64,000 nucleotides of DNA from Torpedo marmorata. Taxonomy: Eukaryota. The stretch is taken from positions 8,804,001 through 8,868,000 of the forward strand of contig OZ360228.1 in the NCBI GenBank assembly GCA_977017645.1, written 5' to 3'. The translations under genes were made by a program, and so were the position numbers. The notes under the pieces were generated by a model. The model ran no database searches and was not told the origin of the DNA. It saw only the letters and a list, made by a program, of their open reading frames with translations. Positions 35,307 through 48,054 of the stretch are shown here, in pieces (position 1 is the first letter of the stretch; every line of letters begins with the position of its first letter).

Positions 35307-38300
35307 TACTGCCTAGTCACATGACCTGCACCTGGACCATAGCCCTCCATACCTCTCCCATCCACACACCTATCCAATTTTTTTATGAAATGTCAAAATC
35401 GAGCCCGCATCGAGTACAGTGTTGACTGCATCGTACAGGGCCTGTGCACTGAGGCTGTGCAAGGCAGCGTTTGAGAATGCTTTTACTACGCGGTACTTTG
35501 CACCAAGGTCATCCCCGGTCTGACAGCTGACTGCCTCCTTGCGTTGTAATCCAGTGTGTATGGTGCCTGGGTTCTGGGCTTTGAGCTGACCTTCACGGGT
35601 CATCAGGTAGAAACTGGGCACGCTCTCATATCCTGGTTCATTCCAGTCACTTGCCATGCAGGGTGTGTCCTGTTTAATGTTTGGGCAGGCAGGTGCCAGT
35701 AATTCCCAGCTAATGATGCAAGCTGGTCCACCAAGTATCACAAGCATCCCGACTGGAAATGTTGGCCAATTTTTTTTTTTTTTCTTCCAAACTCCACATA
35801 GTTTATATATTTTAAAAAAAAAATCTAAAATTATCGCTCTGCCCTCCTCCCCCCTCCCAACCCCATGACCCCAAAAGCCAGCCAAGCAGAGAACAGCCTG
35901 TCCACACTCCAATCTCACCATCAGTCTGTGATTCCCAGCAGTGGGTTCCAGTGTGGGAGTGGTCTATCCAGTTCTAGAAGTACTTTCAGTTGCAAGCCCA
36001 TTCTTCAATGTTAAAACAGTGCTTCTGTTGACTGGATCTTATCAGAGCAGAAGGGGAGCATTTTGGAATCATGTTCTTGGGTATTGAGATCGAGTTGGGA
36101 GAGATCTTGCTATAAAAATCAAGTTACACTTTACACCCTGCGCTGCTAAGGAGCAGTTTTGTTTTAAAGCAATGCAAACCACCATGAGGCAATGTTGCTG
36201 GGTTAAAATAAATCAGGATGCTGGAAGAACTCGGTGGGTCAGGCAGCACTTGTGGAAGCAAAAGGTATGAGATGACATTTCATTTCGAGATACCGAATTG
36301 GGGATGACAGGGAAGAGGAAAGATTGCCAGTACATAGCATTATGGGGGTAGAGGGAAATAGTAGGTGATGGGTGGAACCAGATGAGAAGGGGGATGCTGG
36401 GCTGATGGAACCAGGTGGGAGATGTGAACAAAGGGAGTGGAGAGGTGAGTGGGGGGTGTGTGGGGGAGAGTGCCGGGACCTTCATACCATTGGGTTGTCA
36501 GCTACCCAAGTAGAATATGAGATGTAAGGACTCCTGTCTGGCTTCACCTATCATCCACCAGCCTCTGTCCCATTACTACTTCTGCTCCACCACTCCCCCC
36601 ACCTGTTTCCATCTGCCCATCAACCCCTCCCATCTGGCTTCACCAATCACCTACTAGCTTCTATTCCCCCGTTGAGTATCCCTTTGCATCCACAAATGCT
36701 GCTGAGTTTTCCCAGTTTTTAATTCCAGATTCTGGCTTCTGCAATCTCTCTTGTCCTTGTAATTCTGCTAGGCTGCCTTGTAATCGTTGAGAGGCTTCTC
36801 ACTTTCTGCTGAGAATCCCTGAGAACAGTGTTTATCTTGAAACCTGCTCGGAAACTTTGACTCTGTTTTCCCAGGAAGTCTGTAGTGCCCCCGGTTGACA
36901 GTACCTACCGCCACCAGTATTTACAAATCAGCTCTTTTAGCTTGCAATATTCTAGATACAAAGAATCTTGGCAAGGACCGCAGGAGGGCAAGGCTGCTTC
37001 CGTACAACACACTCTCTTATCTCTTGTTTGTGTTATCTCTGTGGCCAGAGGGAGGGATGGGAGGAATATGCCAAGAGAGAAAAATAACTTTTGGAAGAAG
37101 AAGGGAGGAAGTTGGGTTGATTTTAAATATCTTTTCTGATTAAAAATCAGTAATTGCTGATGAAGGGCTCAGGCTGGAAACGTGGACTGCCTTTTGAAGG
37201 AGATATTCAATGATGGTTTTAAAAAACAAACAAACAAACAAACAAACTCCAATCTGCTGGTGGGACTCAGTGGGTTGAGCAGCATCAGTGAGAGAAAAAG
37301 AATGGTCGATGTTTTGGGTGGGAATCCTTCATCAAGACTGAGAGTGCAGAGGGAAAATTAACAGTGTAATAAAGACAGCGTGGAGGAGTTAGACAGGGAC
37401 CAGTAGGGGATTGGTGAAGTGACATTTGGGGATGGTGAGGGGTGGAGATGGGAGACGGGTAGTAGATTGGCAGGCGCCAGACAAAGGGGGAGAGAGATCA
37501 GAGGAAATGAAGGCTGGTCAAGTGGAGAAAGGTAAGTTATACACAGTGAGCCTGGAGCGTGATGAGTGGAAAGAAAGGCTACCAGTCCTGAAATCTGAAG
37601 AATATAGAACGTGATGGTGGGATAATGGGACCTTCTGGGGGAGAAGTGGACGACAGATTGGACCGGTTGGAATTGAAGGGGGAGGGGGTCCTGTGGGTGA
37701 AATGTGGATGGGATGGAGCCAGAAGGGGGAGGAGGAAGGGAATGGGTTGGGTATATGATAAAGTGGTCAAAATGGGGGAGGGGAAGAACAGATGTGGATT
37801 AGAAGCTTAAGTTGTGGTCTCTGCTCCATTATTTGAAAGATCCTCCGGGCACTGTTTCAGAAAAGTGTGGTGTCCTCCCTCTGTTTAACCCAATACGATG
37901 TCTCTTCAATCATCACATTCTACTGGTATAGTTGGTGTTTGAGGGAGCTTGCTGTGCGCAGATTGGCCATCAGTTTGCATGCACTTCAAGGTGTTCCACA
38001 TCAACAACACTTCATTGGATGAAAGTAATCATGGAAACTGCAGATGCTAGAAATCTGACATTAAACACAGGAAATGTTGAGGATACTCAGCAGGGCAGGC
38101 AACCTCTGGAAAGAGAAAGAGGTAATACTTCAGGTCAAAGACTATGTTAGAGCTTGATCTGAAAAGTTGACTCTTCTGCCTGACCTGCTGTGTGTTTCCC
38201 ACACTTTCTTTTATTGAGCAGACAGAATTGCTGGGTGAACGCTGGAGGTCAGATTGCATTCATGGGTACAAATGGTTAGTCAATGTTTCATGTCTAAACC

Positions 38301-38321
38301 CTTTATCAGGACTTGCTGCAC

Positions 38322-38612
38322 AAGTCGATTGGGTGGTTATGAAGCTGTATGGTGTAGTGGCTTTCATTAGTTGGAGGCTTGAGATCAAGAGACGCAAGGT
38401 AATGTTGCAGCTATATAAAACCACACATAGGGTATTGTATTCAGTTCTGGTTGCCTCATTATAGGAAGGAAGCTTTAGAAAGGGTTCAGAGGAGATTTAC
38501 CAGGATGTTGCCTGGATTGGAGAACATGTCTCATGAAGAAAGGTTGACCGAGCTTGGACTTTTCTCTTTGGAGCGATGGAGGATGAGGCAACTTAATAAA
38601 GGTGTAGAAGAT
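38322..38612 (+). mobile_element. CR1 LINE fragment
   Basis: VMLQLYKT...PHYRKEALERVQRRFTRMLPGLENMSHEERLTELGLFSLERWRMR. Confidence 0.85.
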
Positions 38613-38711
38613 CTGACTCAGGCAGGGAGTGGTACCCACCTGTTTCAAACAGTCATCAATCATACCAGTGCCCAAGAGGAGTGTGGTAACCTGCCTAAAT
38701 GACTACCCAGT

Positions 38712-39891
38712 AAAAAACACAAAAGCTGGAGAACTCAGCAGGTCAAACAGTGTCTTTTATGTAGCAAAGGTAGAAATACATAACCGACGTTTCGGGCTTG
38801 AGCCCTTCATCAAAGTATGAGAAAATGCCGGCAGGCGTCCGAACAAAAGAGTGAGGGGGGAAGGGGGGTGGCAAAGGCAGGAGATGATAGGTGGAGAAAG
38901 GAAGGAGGGGACAGCAGCAAAGAGGGGGAGGAGGGATGGCTGGGTGGGTGGAAAAAAACAGGAAGGACAGGTGAGGGGGGAGGGGAAGGAAAAGACAAGC
39001 AGGTTTAGTGGAAAGCAGAAAAGTCAATGTTAATGCCATCTGGCTGGAGAGTGCCGAGACGGAATATGAGATGTTCCTCCAATTTGCGGGTAGTCTGGGT
39101 GGGATAGTACATGAGGCCATGGACAGACATGGGAGTGTGACCCAGAATTGAAATGGTTGGCTACTGGGAGGTCGCTGTTGTTGCGGACGGAGAGGAGGTG
39201 CTCAGCAAAGCGGTCTCCCAATCTACGACCGGTCTCTCCAATGTATAGAAAGCCACAAAGGGAGCACCGGATGCAGTAAATAAGTCCTCTGGATGTACAA
39301 GTGAAGTGTAGTTTCACTTGGAAGGCCTGTTTGGGGCCCTGGACCGTGGTGAGGGGGGAGGTGTGGGCGCAGGTGTTGCACCTCCTGCGGGCACAGGGGA
39401 AGGTTCCGGGGGTGCGATGGGTGGGGAGGGACGAGTGCACGAGTGAATCGCGGAGGGAGCAGTCCCTACGGAAGGCCGAGAGGGGAGGAGAAGGAAAAAT
39501 GTGTCTGGTGGTGGGATCCTGCAGCAAGTGCCGGAAATTCCGGCGGATAATGTGTTGGATGCGGAGGCTGGTGGGGTGGTAGGTGAGGATGAGGGGTATT
39601 CTATGTTTGTTGCGTCTGGGGGCAGAGGGGGCCAGGGCAGATGAGCGGGAAATGGAGGAGATGCGGGTGAGGGCTGAGTTGATGGTGGTGGAGGGGAAGC
39701 CACGTTTGTGGAAAAAGGCAGACATTTCAGAAGATCTGGAGTGGAACATCTCATCTTGGGAACAGATGCGGCGGAGGAGGAGAAATTGAGAGAAGGGGAT
39801 GGAGTCCTTGCAGGGGACAGGGTGTGAGGATGTGTAGTCCAGATAGTTGTGGGAGTTGGAGGGTTTGTAGTAAATGTCGGTGGAAAGCCCA
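38712..39891 (-). mobile_element. Penelope-like element 3' part: RT thumb, GIY-YIG endonuclease and terminal repeat with hammerhead-like motif
   Basis: STDIYYKPSNSHNYLDYTSSHP...FSQFLLLRRICS...GLIYCIRCSLCGFLYIGETGRRLGDRFAEH; downstream TTGATGAAGGGCTCAAGCCCGAAACGTC; ccagt on both flanks (38707-38711 and 39892-39896). Confidence 0.93.
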
Positions 39892-40161
39892 CCAGTGGCA
39901 CTCACATCAACAGTGATTAAGTGTTTTGAAAGGCTGGTGTTGAAGCATATCAGTTCCTGTCTGAGCGGCTGCATGGATCCGTTCCAATTCACCTATTGTA
40001 GCAACAGGTCTATGGCAGATGCCATCTCACTAGCCCTACACAAAGCCCTGGAATACCTGGACAGCAAAGATACATTTTATCGAATGCTCTTTGCTGTCCA
40101 ATACCCCTCCATATCAGTATGCTCTTTATCGAATACTGTTCGGCGTTTAACACCATCATCC

Positions 40162-40824
40162 TGTTATATGTGGATTGTGGAGAAACACGTGGCCTCCCTG
40201 CCTGTCTGGAATATTGTGGATTGCAGATGGTCACATGTCCTCCCTGTCTGAAACTTATTCGCAAGTCACATCACCTGTCAATCAAGGTTTGACTCCGGCC
40301 ACCCATTGGTGCACACCTTGCTATTGGCTCATTTAAATTACTTAGGGTCATCATTGGCTAGACGCCCAGCTCAGAACTATATAAAATATCAATGCATAGC
40401 GCATTCTTTCTCTGCCTCGTGGTCCAAGCCCCAGACATCGCTCCACGCCTGGTCGCTACAGTGGTCATTGCTGGAAGTGTCGCGAGTAAGGTGTGCACTA
40501 CACTTAAGCTGAGTAGTAGTACTGCGATAGATCATTACTTGCAGAGAACCGCACCCCCATTTGTACAGGGAACCGGGAATGTGTGTGAAAGTCCCTGTCT
40601 GTAGAGTGTGAGCGTGTGGAGTATAGGCGGCCACTGGTATCGGAGTCCAACCTGGGTCTGATATGAATTCCTATATTGTTTAGTAATATAGTAATTGAGT
40701 ATCGTTTGACGTTCTCCCGTGTTTGTCTCCTGTGTGTTCATTAAAGTTACCTGTGATTGTAACACTTGCGCCCAGACTCGTCTCTCTGTGAACCCACCAA
40801 ACCCGATATCTTCCAAACACAACA
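40162..40824 (+). mobile_element. Solo LTR (663 bp, TGTT...AACA) with 5-bp TSD CATCC
   Basis: TSD at 40157-40161 and 40825-40829. Removing the element restores the Rex reading ACC ATC ATC CCC TCA AAA CTG. It carries ATTGG x3, TATATAAAA (40378) and ATTAAA (about 40740). The superfamily (BEL/Pao, Gypsy or ERV) is not determinable. Confidence 0.88.
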
Positions 40825-40901
40825 CATCCCCTCAAAACTGATCAGCAAACTCCAAGACCTGGGACTCAACACCCCCCTTGATTTCCTCACCCCCAGACCA
40901 C

Positions 40902-41533
40902 AATCAGAATCAAAATTTATTGTCATGAACAAGTCATGAAATTCGGTGTTTTGCGGCAGCATCATAGTGCAATTAACATTCATATTATAACCATCTTTAC
41001 GACATTACTATAAAAAAATTATAAATAATAGTGCACGAAAAGTAAGGCAGTGTCTTTGGTTCATTGATTATTCAGGAATCTGATGGCAGCGGGGAAGAAG
41101 CTGTCCTTGTGCCGTTGAGTGCTCGTCTTTAGGCTCCTGTACCTTTTTCCGATGGTAGCAGAGTGAAGAGGGCATGGCCTGGGTGGTGGGGATCTTTGAG
41201 GATAGAGGCTGCTTTTTTAAGACACCGCCTCATGTAGATGTCCTCGATGGAGTGAAGTCTGGTGCCTGTGATGTCACAGGCCGAGTTAACAACCCTCTGG
41301 AGTTTACTCTTGTCCTGAGAGTTGGGGCCTCCATACCAGGCAGTGATGCAACCAGCCAGAATGCTCTCCACGGTACACCTGTAGAAGTTCACGAGAGTCT
41401 TCGGTGACATACCGAATCTCCTCAGACACCTCACAAAGTATAGCCGCTGGCGAGCCTTCTTTGTGATTGCATCAACGTGTAGGCTCCAGGACAGATCCTC
41501 GGAGATGTTGACACCCAGGAATTTGAAGTTCTT
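40902..41533 (-). mobile_element. Rex1/Babar 3' fragment, near-identical to 18410-19088
   Basis: Reverse complement matches the 18448-19088 ORF and 3' UTR with few substitutions. Confidence 0.92.
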
Positions 41534-42881
41534 CTACTCATGGATGCTGTCCGACCTTCTGAATTCCTCCAGCAATTCTTTGTCTGCTCAAGATTCCAGC
41601 TTTTGTGTTTCTCTACTTTCTGTAAATATTTTCTGTGAGGAGCTGTGATATGCTTTAAGATGAGAGATCTTGAAAGGAAGTTTCTATGGAAGTGTAAATA
41701 ATGTAAATTAAATTACCACAATATGCTAAGGCAGAAAAAAGAGATAATAAATATGAAAGGATAGATAAATAAATAGTCATAATTGCATTGGTGGAAGAAA
41801 AAAGTGATGTTTCATTGACACAGACAGATGCCTGATGGTCCCGGGGCTGTTCATGGGCAGATGGTACCAGCTTGGGGAGAGATGGAAAATGCGATCAGAG
41901 GGATAGTGGGCAGACTGGTGCGAGTGGGAGATCCCATCAATCCACCCGTGATCTCTCCCTGTGTCTCTTCCCACCCAGTCTCTCACCTCCCTCTTCCTGA
42001 AATGTGAGCTGTTTCCATTCCCACCGATGCGCTCTGACCTGTTGAGTATTTCCAGTATTTTCTGTCAAATACTAGGTGTGGAGAAATTAATTTTTTTCCC
42101 CACTTTGTTTTTTGACATAGGTTCGATGGGCCAAATGTCCTCCATCTATGCTGGCTCATGGAGCAATCCCTCCATCCCTTTCCCTTCTTATTTCCCTACA
42201 ACTTATTCTCTCTCACAGTGGGCAAATTAATCTATCTGCTTGTCTTTAGGATGTTGGAGGAAACTGTAGCATCTCGGGGGAATGAGATGGTACAAGCAAA
42301 TGTGCAAACTCCACATTGACAGCACCCGGTGTCAGGAATGAACCTGTATCGCTGGAGTTGTGAGGCAGCAGCTCTACTCACTTCGCCACTCTGCCTGCTA
42401 GTTGAAAGCACTGCCCCCGGTGGAGGAGTTAACTGTGTTTCCCAAGGGGCTAGAATTAGAGGAATGCAGGGGGATTGTGGGGTAGAGGATGTTGCAGAAC
42501 ACGAGGGCACCTGAGGCATTGCTGGACCCGGAGTCGACGTGGATCAGAAAGAAGCAGTCCCCATGCAATGTACAAGGCAGGGTGCAGCAGATATTCGTTT
42601 GGAGTGTTCTAGAATGGGCAAGACTGAATGTATTTAAAAAAAAAGCCCTGGTGAGTGTTTTGGGGCAGATAAATTGTGGTGGGGCAAGTGGACGACAGTC
42701 TTGCGGAGGATATAGGAATGATAGTTAAGCTCAGGTTCAAGTGGAGTGCTCACAAGGCAGCCAGCTGCTTTCTCATTGACCAGGTAATGATGGGATCAGT
42801 GACTTGGTAACGTTGGTGACAGAGACGAAAGATACTGACTGCACATCTAACATCTGCATCCTTTCCATTGTCCCTTGCCAG

Positions 42882-42982
42882 GATTATCTCGGTTGCATCA
42901 TCGATACTTCAGATTTGCCTATCAGACCTGAGCATGTCTCTGCACTGTTTGGAAACATCGAGGACATCTATGAGTTTAACAG
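42882..42982 (+). CDS. PLEKHG3: PLEKHG3 exon, DH domain (DYLGCIIDTSDLPIRPEHVSALFGNIEDIYEFN)
   Basis: cccttgccag|GAT ... AAC AG|gtacag; 101 nt, phase 0 to 2; LFGNIEDIY DH motif. Confidence 0.95.
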
Positions 42983-44594
42983 GTACAGAGAGATGACACC
43001 CTCTTAAGTATTGCATCCCTGATCATTTTGTCAATTCCTTTATTTTATCCTCACCTACTTTTTCCTCTTTTGATTATTTCCCAAGACAATGCCTCCCTTT
43101 AACTCTTGTTTGGTTCCTGCCATGTATTTTAATATCTAACAGAGCATTTAAAGCTTTATGGTGGGTTTTGATGGTTCAGAAGAGGGAAAGACAGAGAGTT
43201 CTGATGACATGGGATGCCTGGCTCAGATGGCTGAAGGTAAACAAGGAGAATTTGCCAAAATGCTAGCAGTTGTTATGAACTGTAAAACACTGACTTAGAG
43301 AATGGTGCGTGGATTTAATGGGGACTTTGAAAAGGAAGTTTTGTACGTACTTGGAAGTGTACGCTTTCATGTAAATTGTATATATTCTACTCCCCCCTCC
43401 CCTTGTAAGTATGAAGTCTTGATCCAGGAATGATGGGGTCTTCATCTGGTTGGAGAGAATGAATGATTGAAAAGTTGGCATTAGAGCCGTTGAGCTGTAC
43501 AGCACCAAAACAGATCCATGCCAGCCAAGGTACATTCCTGAGTTAGTCCCATTTGCCCATATTTTTCTAAACCTTTCCCATCCATTAACCTGGACAGAGG
43601 AAACTATAGAAGCAGATTCGATTTTGATGTTCAAAAGACATTTGGGCAGACATATAGATAGGAAGGGTTTAGAAGGATATGGGTCAAATGCAGGCGTGGG
43701 GCAAGCTCAGAATACCAACTGGGTCATGGCTGAGTTAGGCAGAAGGGACTGTTCTATGCTGCAGGGCTCTATGACTTGATATCTTTGAGGGATTGTAATT
43801 GTACCTGCCTCTACTACTTCCTTGCATTACTTTTGAAATTTGACTCTTGTGTCCAATCCTTGTAAAAATACATCAATGGTATGTCTTACTGTGGTCTTCT
43901 CAGGGCTGAGCACAAAGCTGCTTTCAGGGAGTTGCCAACTCGATCCACCAGAAGAAACAAAACACTGGGGGGGGGTGGGGCTGTGGGGAAATATTTGGCT
44001 TTTGAGAGCTGTGCACACACTCCAATAGAGTGTGACAAAGCTCTTGCCAAGTTATGTCAACTTTGCAAGTGGCCTGATTAATATTTGGTTAAAACTGAGC
44101 CTGCTGGTGACTCTCCCAGGATGAAGCCCCGAGATGTGAGTGGGTTGGTTTGAAACTCCCAACCACTGAGTGGGTCAGTCCTTCAGACCCCAAGGCATTA
44201 GGTGGATTGATGGTAGGGTCTGTGGTCTTGTTACATTCACCCCTGTCCACCCAACCTCGGTTTCCTCCTCTTTACTTTCAATGTATGGCTAAGTTCGGCA
44301 GGAGAAGCAGATTTACCAATCATTTTTGGGCATCGGTTAGAATCCTGTTCACAGTTCAAATTGTGGTAATTTGTTGTTGATTGTCTAAGGCTGATGTCAG
44401 TCAGTCTCACGGCTATATATTGATTTTTTTTCTTCAGCTAGGACTTGCACCTTTTCTGGAGGTGAGTTTTGTGCCCATCAGATCCTTGCCGACACTCCCC
44501 ACTCCTGTGTGCAGTGCACGTGTGTGTGTGTGTGCTCTCCTGCATGTTTTTATTGGTGAAGGACTCTCTTTACTTTATCACTGATTTTTATCTT

Positions 44595-45960
44595 TTATCT
44601 GCTTCTCTCTCTTTTCTCTTTCTCTCTATTCTCTTTTTCTCTNNNNNNNNNNNNNNNNNNNNNNNNNNNNNNNNNNNNNNNNNNNNNNNNNNNNNNNNNN
44701 NNNNNNNNNNNNNNNNNNNNNNNNNNNNNNNNNNNNNNNNNNNNNNNNNNNNNNNNNNNNNNNNNNNNNNNNNNNNNNNNNNNNNNNNNNNNNNNNNNNN
44801 NNNNNNNNNNNNNNNNNNNNNNNNNNNNNNNNNNNNNNNNNNNNNNNNNNNNNNNNNNNNNNNNNNNNTCCCTCCCTCTTTTCCCTCCCTCTTTCCCTCC
44901 CTCTTTTCCCTCCCTCTTTTCCCTCCCTCTTTTCCCTCCCTCCTTTCCCTCCCTCTTTTCCCTCCCTCTTTTCCCTCCCTCTCCTCCCTCCCTCNNNNNN
45001 NNNNNNNNNNNNNNNNNNNNNNNNNNNNNNNNNNNNNNNNNNNNNNNNNNNNNNNNNNNNNNNNNNNNNNNNNNNNNNNNNNNNNNNNNNNNNNTCAAAC
45101 CCCCTTCTCTTTCCCCCTCTNNNNNNNNNNNNNNNNNNNNNNNNNNNNNNNNNNNNNNNNNNNNNNNNNNNNNNNNNNNNNNNNNNNNNNNNNNNNNNNN
45201 NNNNNNNNNNNNNNNNNNNNNNNNNNNNNNNNNNNNNNNNNNNNNNNNNNNNNNNNNNNNNNNNNNNNNNNNNNNNNTCTCTTCTCTCCCCCTCTCTTCT
45301 CTCCCCCCTCTCTTCTCTCCCTTCTTCTCTCCCCCTCTCTTCTCTCCCCTCTCTTCTCCCCCCTCTCTTCTCTCCCCCTCTCTCTCTCTATCTCTTCTCC
45401 CCCTCTCTTTCCCCCCTCCTCTCTCTCTCCCCCTCCTCTCTTCCTCCCCCTCCTCTCTTCCTCCCCTCCTCTCTCTTCCCTCCCCCTCCTCTCTTCCCCT
45501 CCCCTCCTCACTTTCCTCCCCCTCCTCTCTTTCCCTCCCCCTCCTCTCTTTCCCTCCCCCTCCTCTCTTTCCCTCCCCTCCTCTCTTTCCATCCCCCTCC
45601 TCTCTTTCCCTCCCCTCCTCTCTTTCCCTCCCTCCTCTCTTTCCCTCCCTCCTCTCTTTCCATCCCCTCCTCTCTTTCCATCCCCCTCCTCTCTTTCCAT
45701 CCCCCTCCTCTCTTTCCATCCCCCTCCTCTCTTTCCCTCCCCTCTCTCTCTTTCCCTTCCCCTCCTCCTCCTTCCCTCCCCCTCCTCTCTTCCCTCCCCC
45801 TCCTCTCTTCCCTCCCCCTCCTCACTTTCCTCCCCTCCTCTCTCCCTCCCCTCCTCTCTTTCCCTCCCCCTCCTCTCTTCCCTCCCCCTCCTCACTTCCT
45901 CCCCTCCTCTCTTCTCTTCCCCCCCTCTCTTCTCCCCCCCTCACTTCTCCCCCCTCTCTT
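44595..45960. repeat. Polypyrimidine (CT-rich) low-complexity tract with three assembly gaps
   Basis: Almost pure C/T; N runs at 44643-44868, 44995-45094 and 45121-45277. Confidence 0.97.
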
Positions 45961-47984
45961 GTCGCTCCCTTGTGCCCTCTCCAACCTTCCACCCACCTTC
46001 ACCCACACAGTTGTTTTGCTCACCCCTCATTCAGTCATTCTCCTGAAGGTGTGTAATTGAGCAAGTCGTCACTGATTGGCAAGTCGAAGCGATGCTCCTT
46101 CCCTGTTGTTTCTGTGGATGGATGAGGGAAAGCAGTGAACATGTCACTGCGTGACCATGTGTGTGTGGAATCGGTTCTTGATCACGGTCATAGTCACGTC
46201 ACTCTGCAACAGGCCCCTTCAGTCCATCATAATCCTCACTGACTATTCAGCACCCATTTGCACTAACGTTAAATGTTTGTTCTCGCCACCTATTCATAAA
46301 CTCACCCAGATTGCAGCACTCGCTTACAGACCAGGGGGCATTTACATGGCCAGTGAACCTACTACTAGCCAGATTTTTAGATGTGGGAGGAGCCGGAAAC
46401 ATCCAGGGGAACTGCACACGATAACAGGGAGAATATGCAAACTCTACCCAGACAGCGTTGGGGTCAGGTTTGAACCTGAAGTCACTGGAATTCCAAGGCA
46501 GCAGCTCCACTGACCACATACTGCCACCCATCCAGGGTTCATTCTTCGCATGTCCTTGCTTTGCTTCTCTCCGTACTCAGCAGGTACTCAGCTGCGACTG
46601 ATTGCCAAGTGTCTCTGCTGCCTACAGCCATCCCGCTGACTGGGTTTCCACCAATCGCCAAGCCACTGTTCATCTGCCCGTCTCCATTCTTGTCTCCCCT
46701 GGCGATCTTCTCAGTGTGGCTTCTGAATGTTGATGCACAAGCTGGATTTCCCCAATCCACCTGCCAGTTCATTCTGCTCCAGCCACAGCACATGGACCTA
46801 TTTCTTTCCATTGCATCTGACTGTCTGCTTTTGTTCAATTTCTTCCTTCTGACTCCACAATTTTTCTAACACTCTTTATTTGTCACCTTTGGTTTCCTGA
46901 CTCTATCACCTCCTCATCAGGATTTTTTTTTAGTCTTCTACATTGCCACATCCTGAGAGCAACCAGCTAGTGGAGTGGAGAACTATTCACCTTTATCCTC
47001 CTCTGACTGGATGAAATACTCCAGTCCCTTGCTCCAAATGAAAGAAAGCGCTATAAGATCTCACGTATGTCCTTAGCCTCTGGAATATAAATTAACTACA
47101 CATGTTATAAATAAAACGTCCTGATTTTTGTGAATCTGTCAGTTTTTGTGCTTCAAACTCCACAAAACCAACAGACTCTTTTGGAAGCTGCACTTAGTAT
47201 TAAATGTGAACTTCAGATACTGCTGGCAGTGATTCTCTGTTCCTCCCCTGGGGTATGACCAGGCACCTATCTCCAGTGTAATCAGTGATGTGATGACATC
47301 TTCAGGTATTGATAAACCGTTCCAGTAAGGAATTCCAAACATGGTCACCATTATATAGGAGTTGCGAGTCAAATGTGCTGGCACGAAAAGCCACACTCAC
47401 GAGCAAACTGTGGCCGTGGGTTGGGACATTGGAATAGATGGTTATTTAGATTAATATCCCAACTCGTCACCATAGTGTGGTGCGTGAGAACAGGTTGGCT
47501 CCCAGAAGTGTGGGCACTCATGGACTGTGACATATGTCTGAAACCTCTCGTCGAGTAGTGGCCACTTCGACAAACAATTGGTGCACCAATGGATTCACTG
47601 CTTCCTGGTTTCCACTAGTACCGGGGTATGATATGGGTGCAAATGATTGACTGACTTGCAAACTGTGGGTACACTCACTCCCTTCATCAGACTGTCCTCC
47701 TGTTTCCTTTAGACCCAAAATTTATTGGAATGAAAGTGGTGAGTTGGCAAATTTTGTTTGGACAAGTCTTATTGTCTGATATCTACTATTTGTTTAGCTT
47801 ATGCCCTCTACACTTTTCTTTCCCAATCCTTTCCCTCTTTCAATTGTGTTCGACCCTAAATTTCTTCTGAACTTCCTCTCTCTCTGGTTCCTTTACCCCC
47901 TTCCTCCTGGCATCGTTCTGCTCCAGCTCTTCCCACCGGCTTCTCTCTCACCCTTCCTCTCACACAGATTTTCTCTCTTCACAG

Positions 47985-48054
47985 TGACCTGCTGCAAGAC
48001 CTTGATAGTTGTCACCATGATCCTGTTGCCATTGCGAGGTGCTTTGTGGACAAG
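47985..48054 (+). CDS. PLEKHG3: PLEKHG3 exon, DH domain (SDLLQDLDSCHHDPVAIARCFVDK)
   Basis: ttctctcttcacag|T GAC CTG ... GAC AAG|gtgggt; 70 nt, phase 2 to 0; found by reading, not in this frame in the ORF track. Confidence 0.93.

Larger units (their letters stand above)
38613..40901 (+). mobile_element. Rex1/Babar RT fragment split by later insertions
   Basis: VVPTCFKQSSIIPVPKRSVVTCLNDY [Penelope] PVALTSTVIKCFERLVLKHI...AFNTII [solo LTR] PSKLISKLQDLGLNTP...RPQS. Confidence 0.88.

Noticed and set aside
39030-39992. 320-aa ORF as an intact novel nuclease gene
   Set aside because: It is a chimera of antisense Rex sequence fused to a 5'-truncated, frameshifted Penelope ORF.
44469-46046. 525-aa and 374-aa ORFs
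   Set aside because: Artefacts of C/T low-complexity sequence and N gaps.
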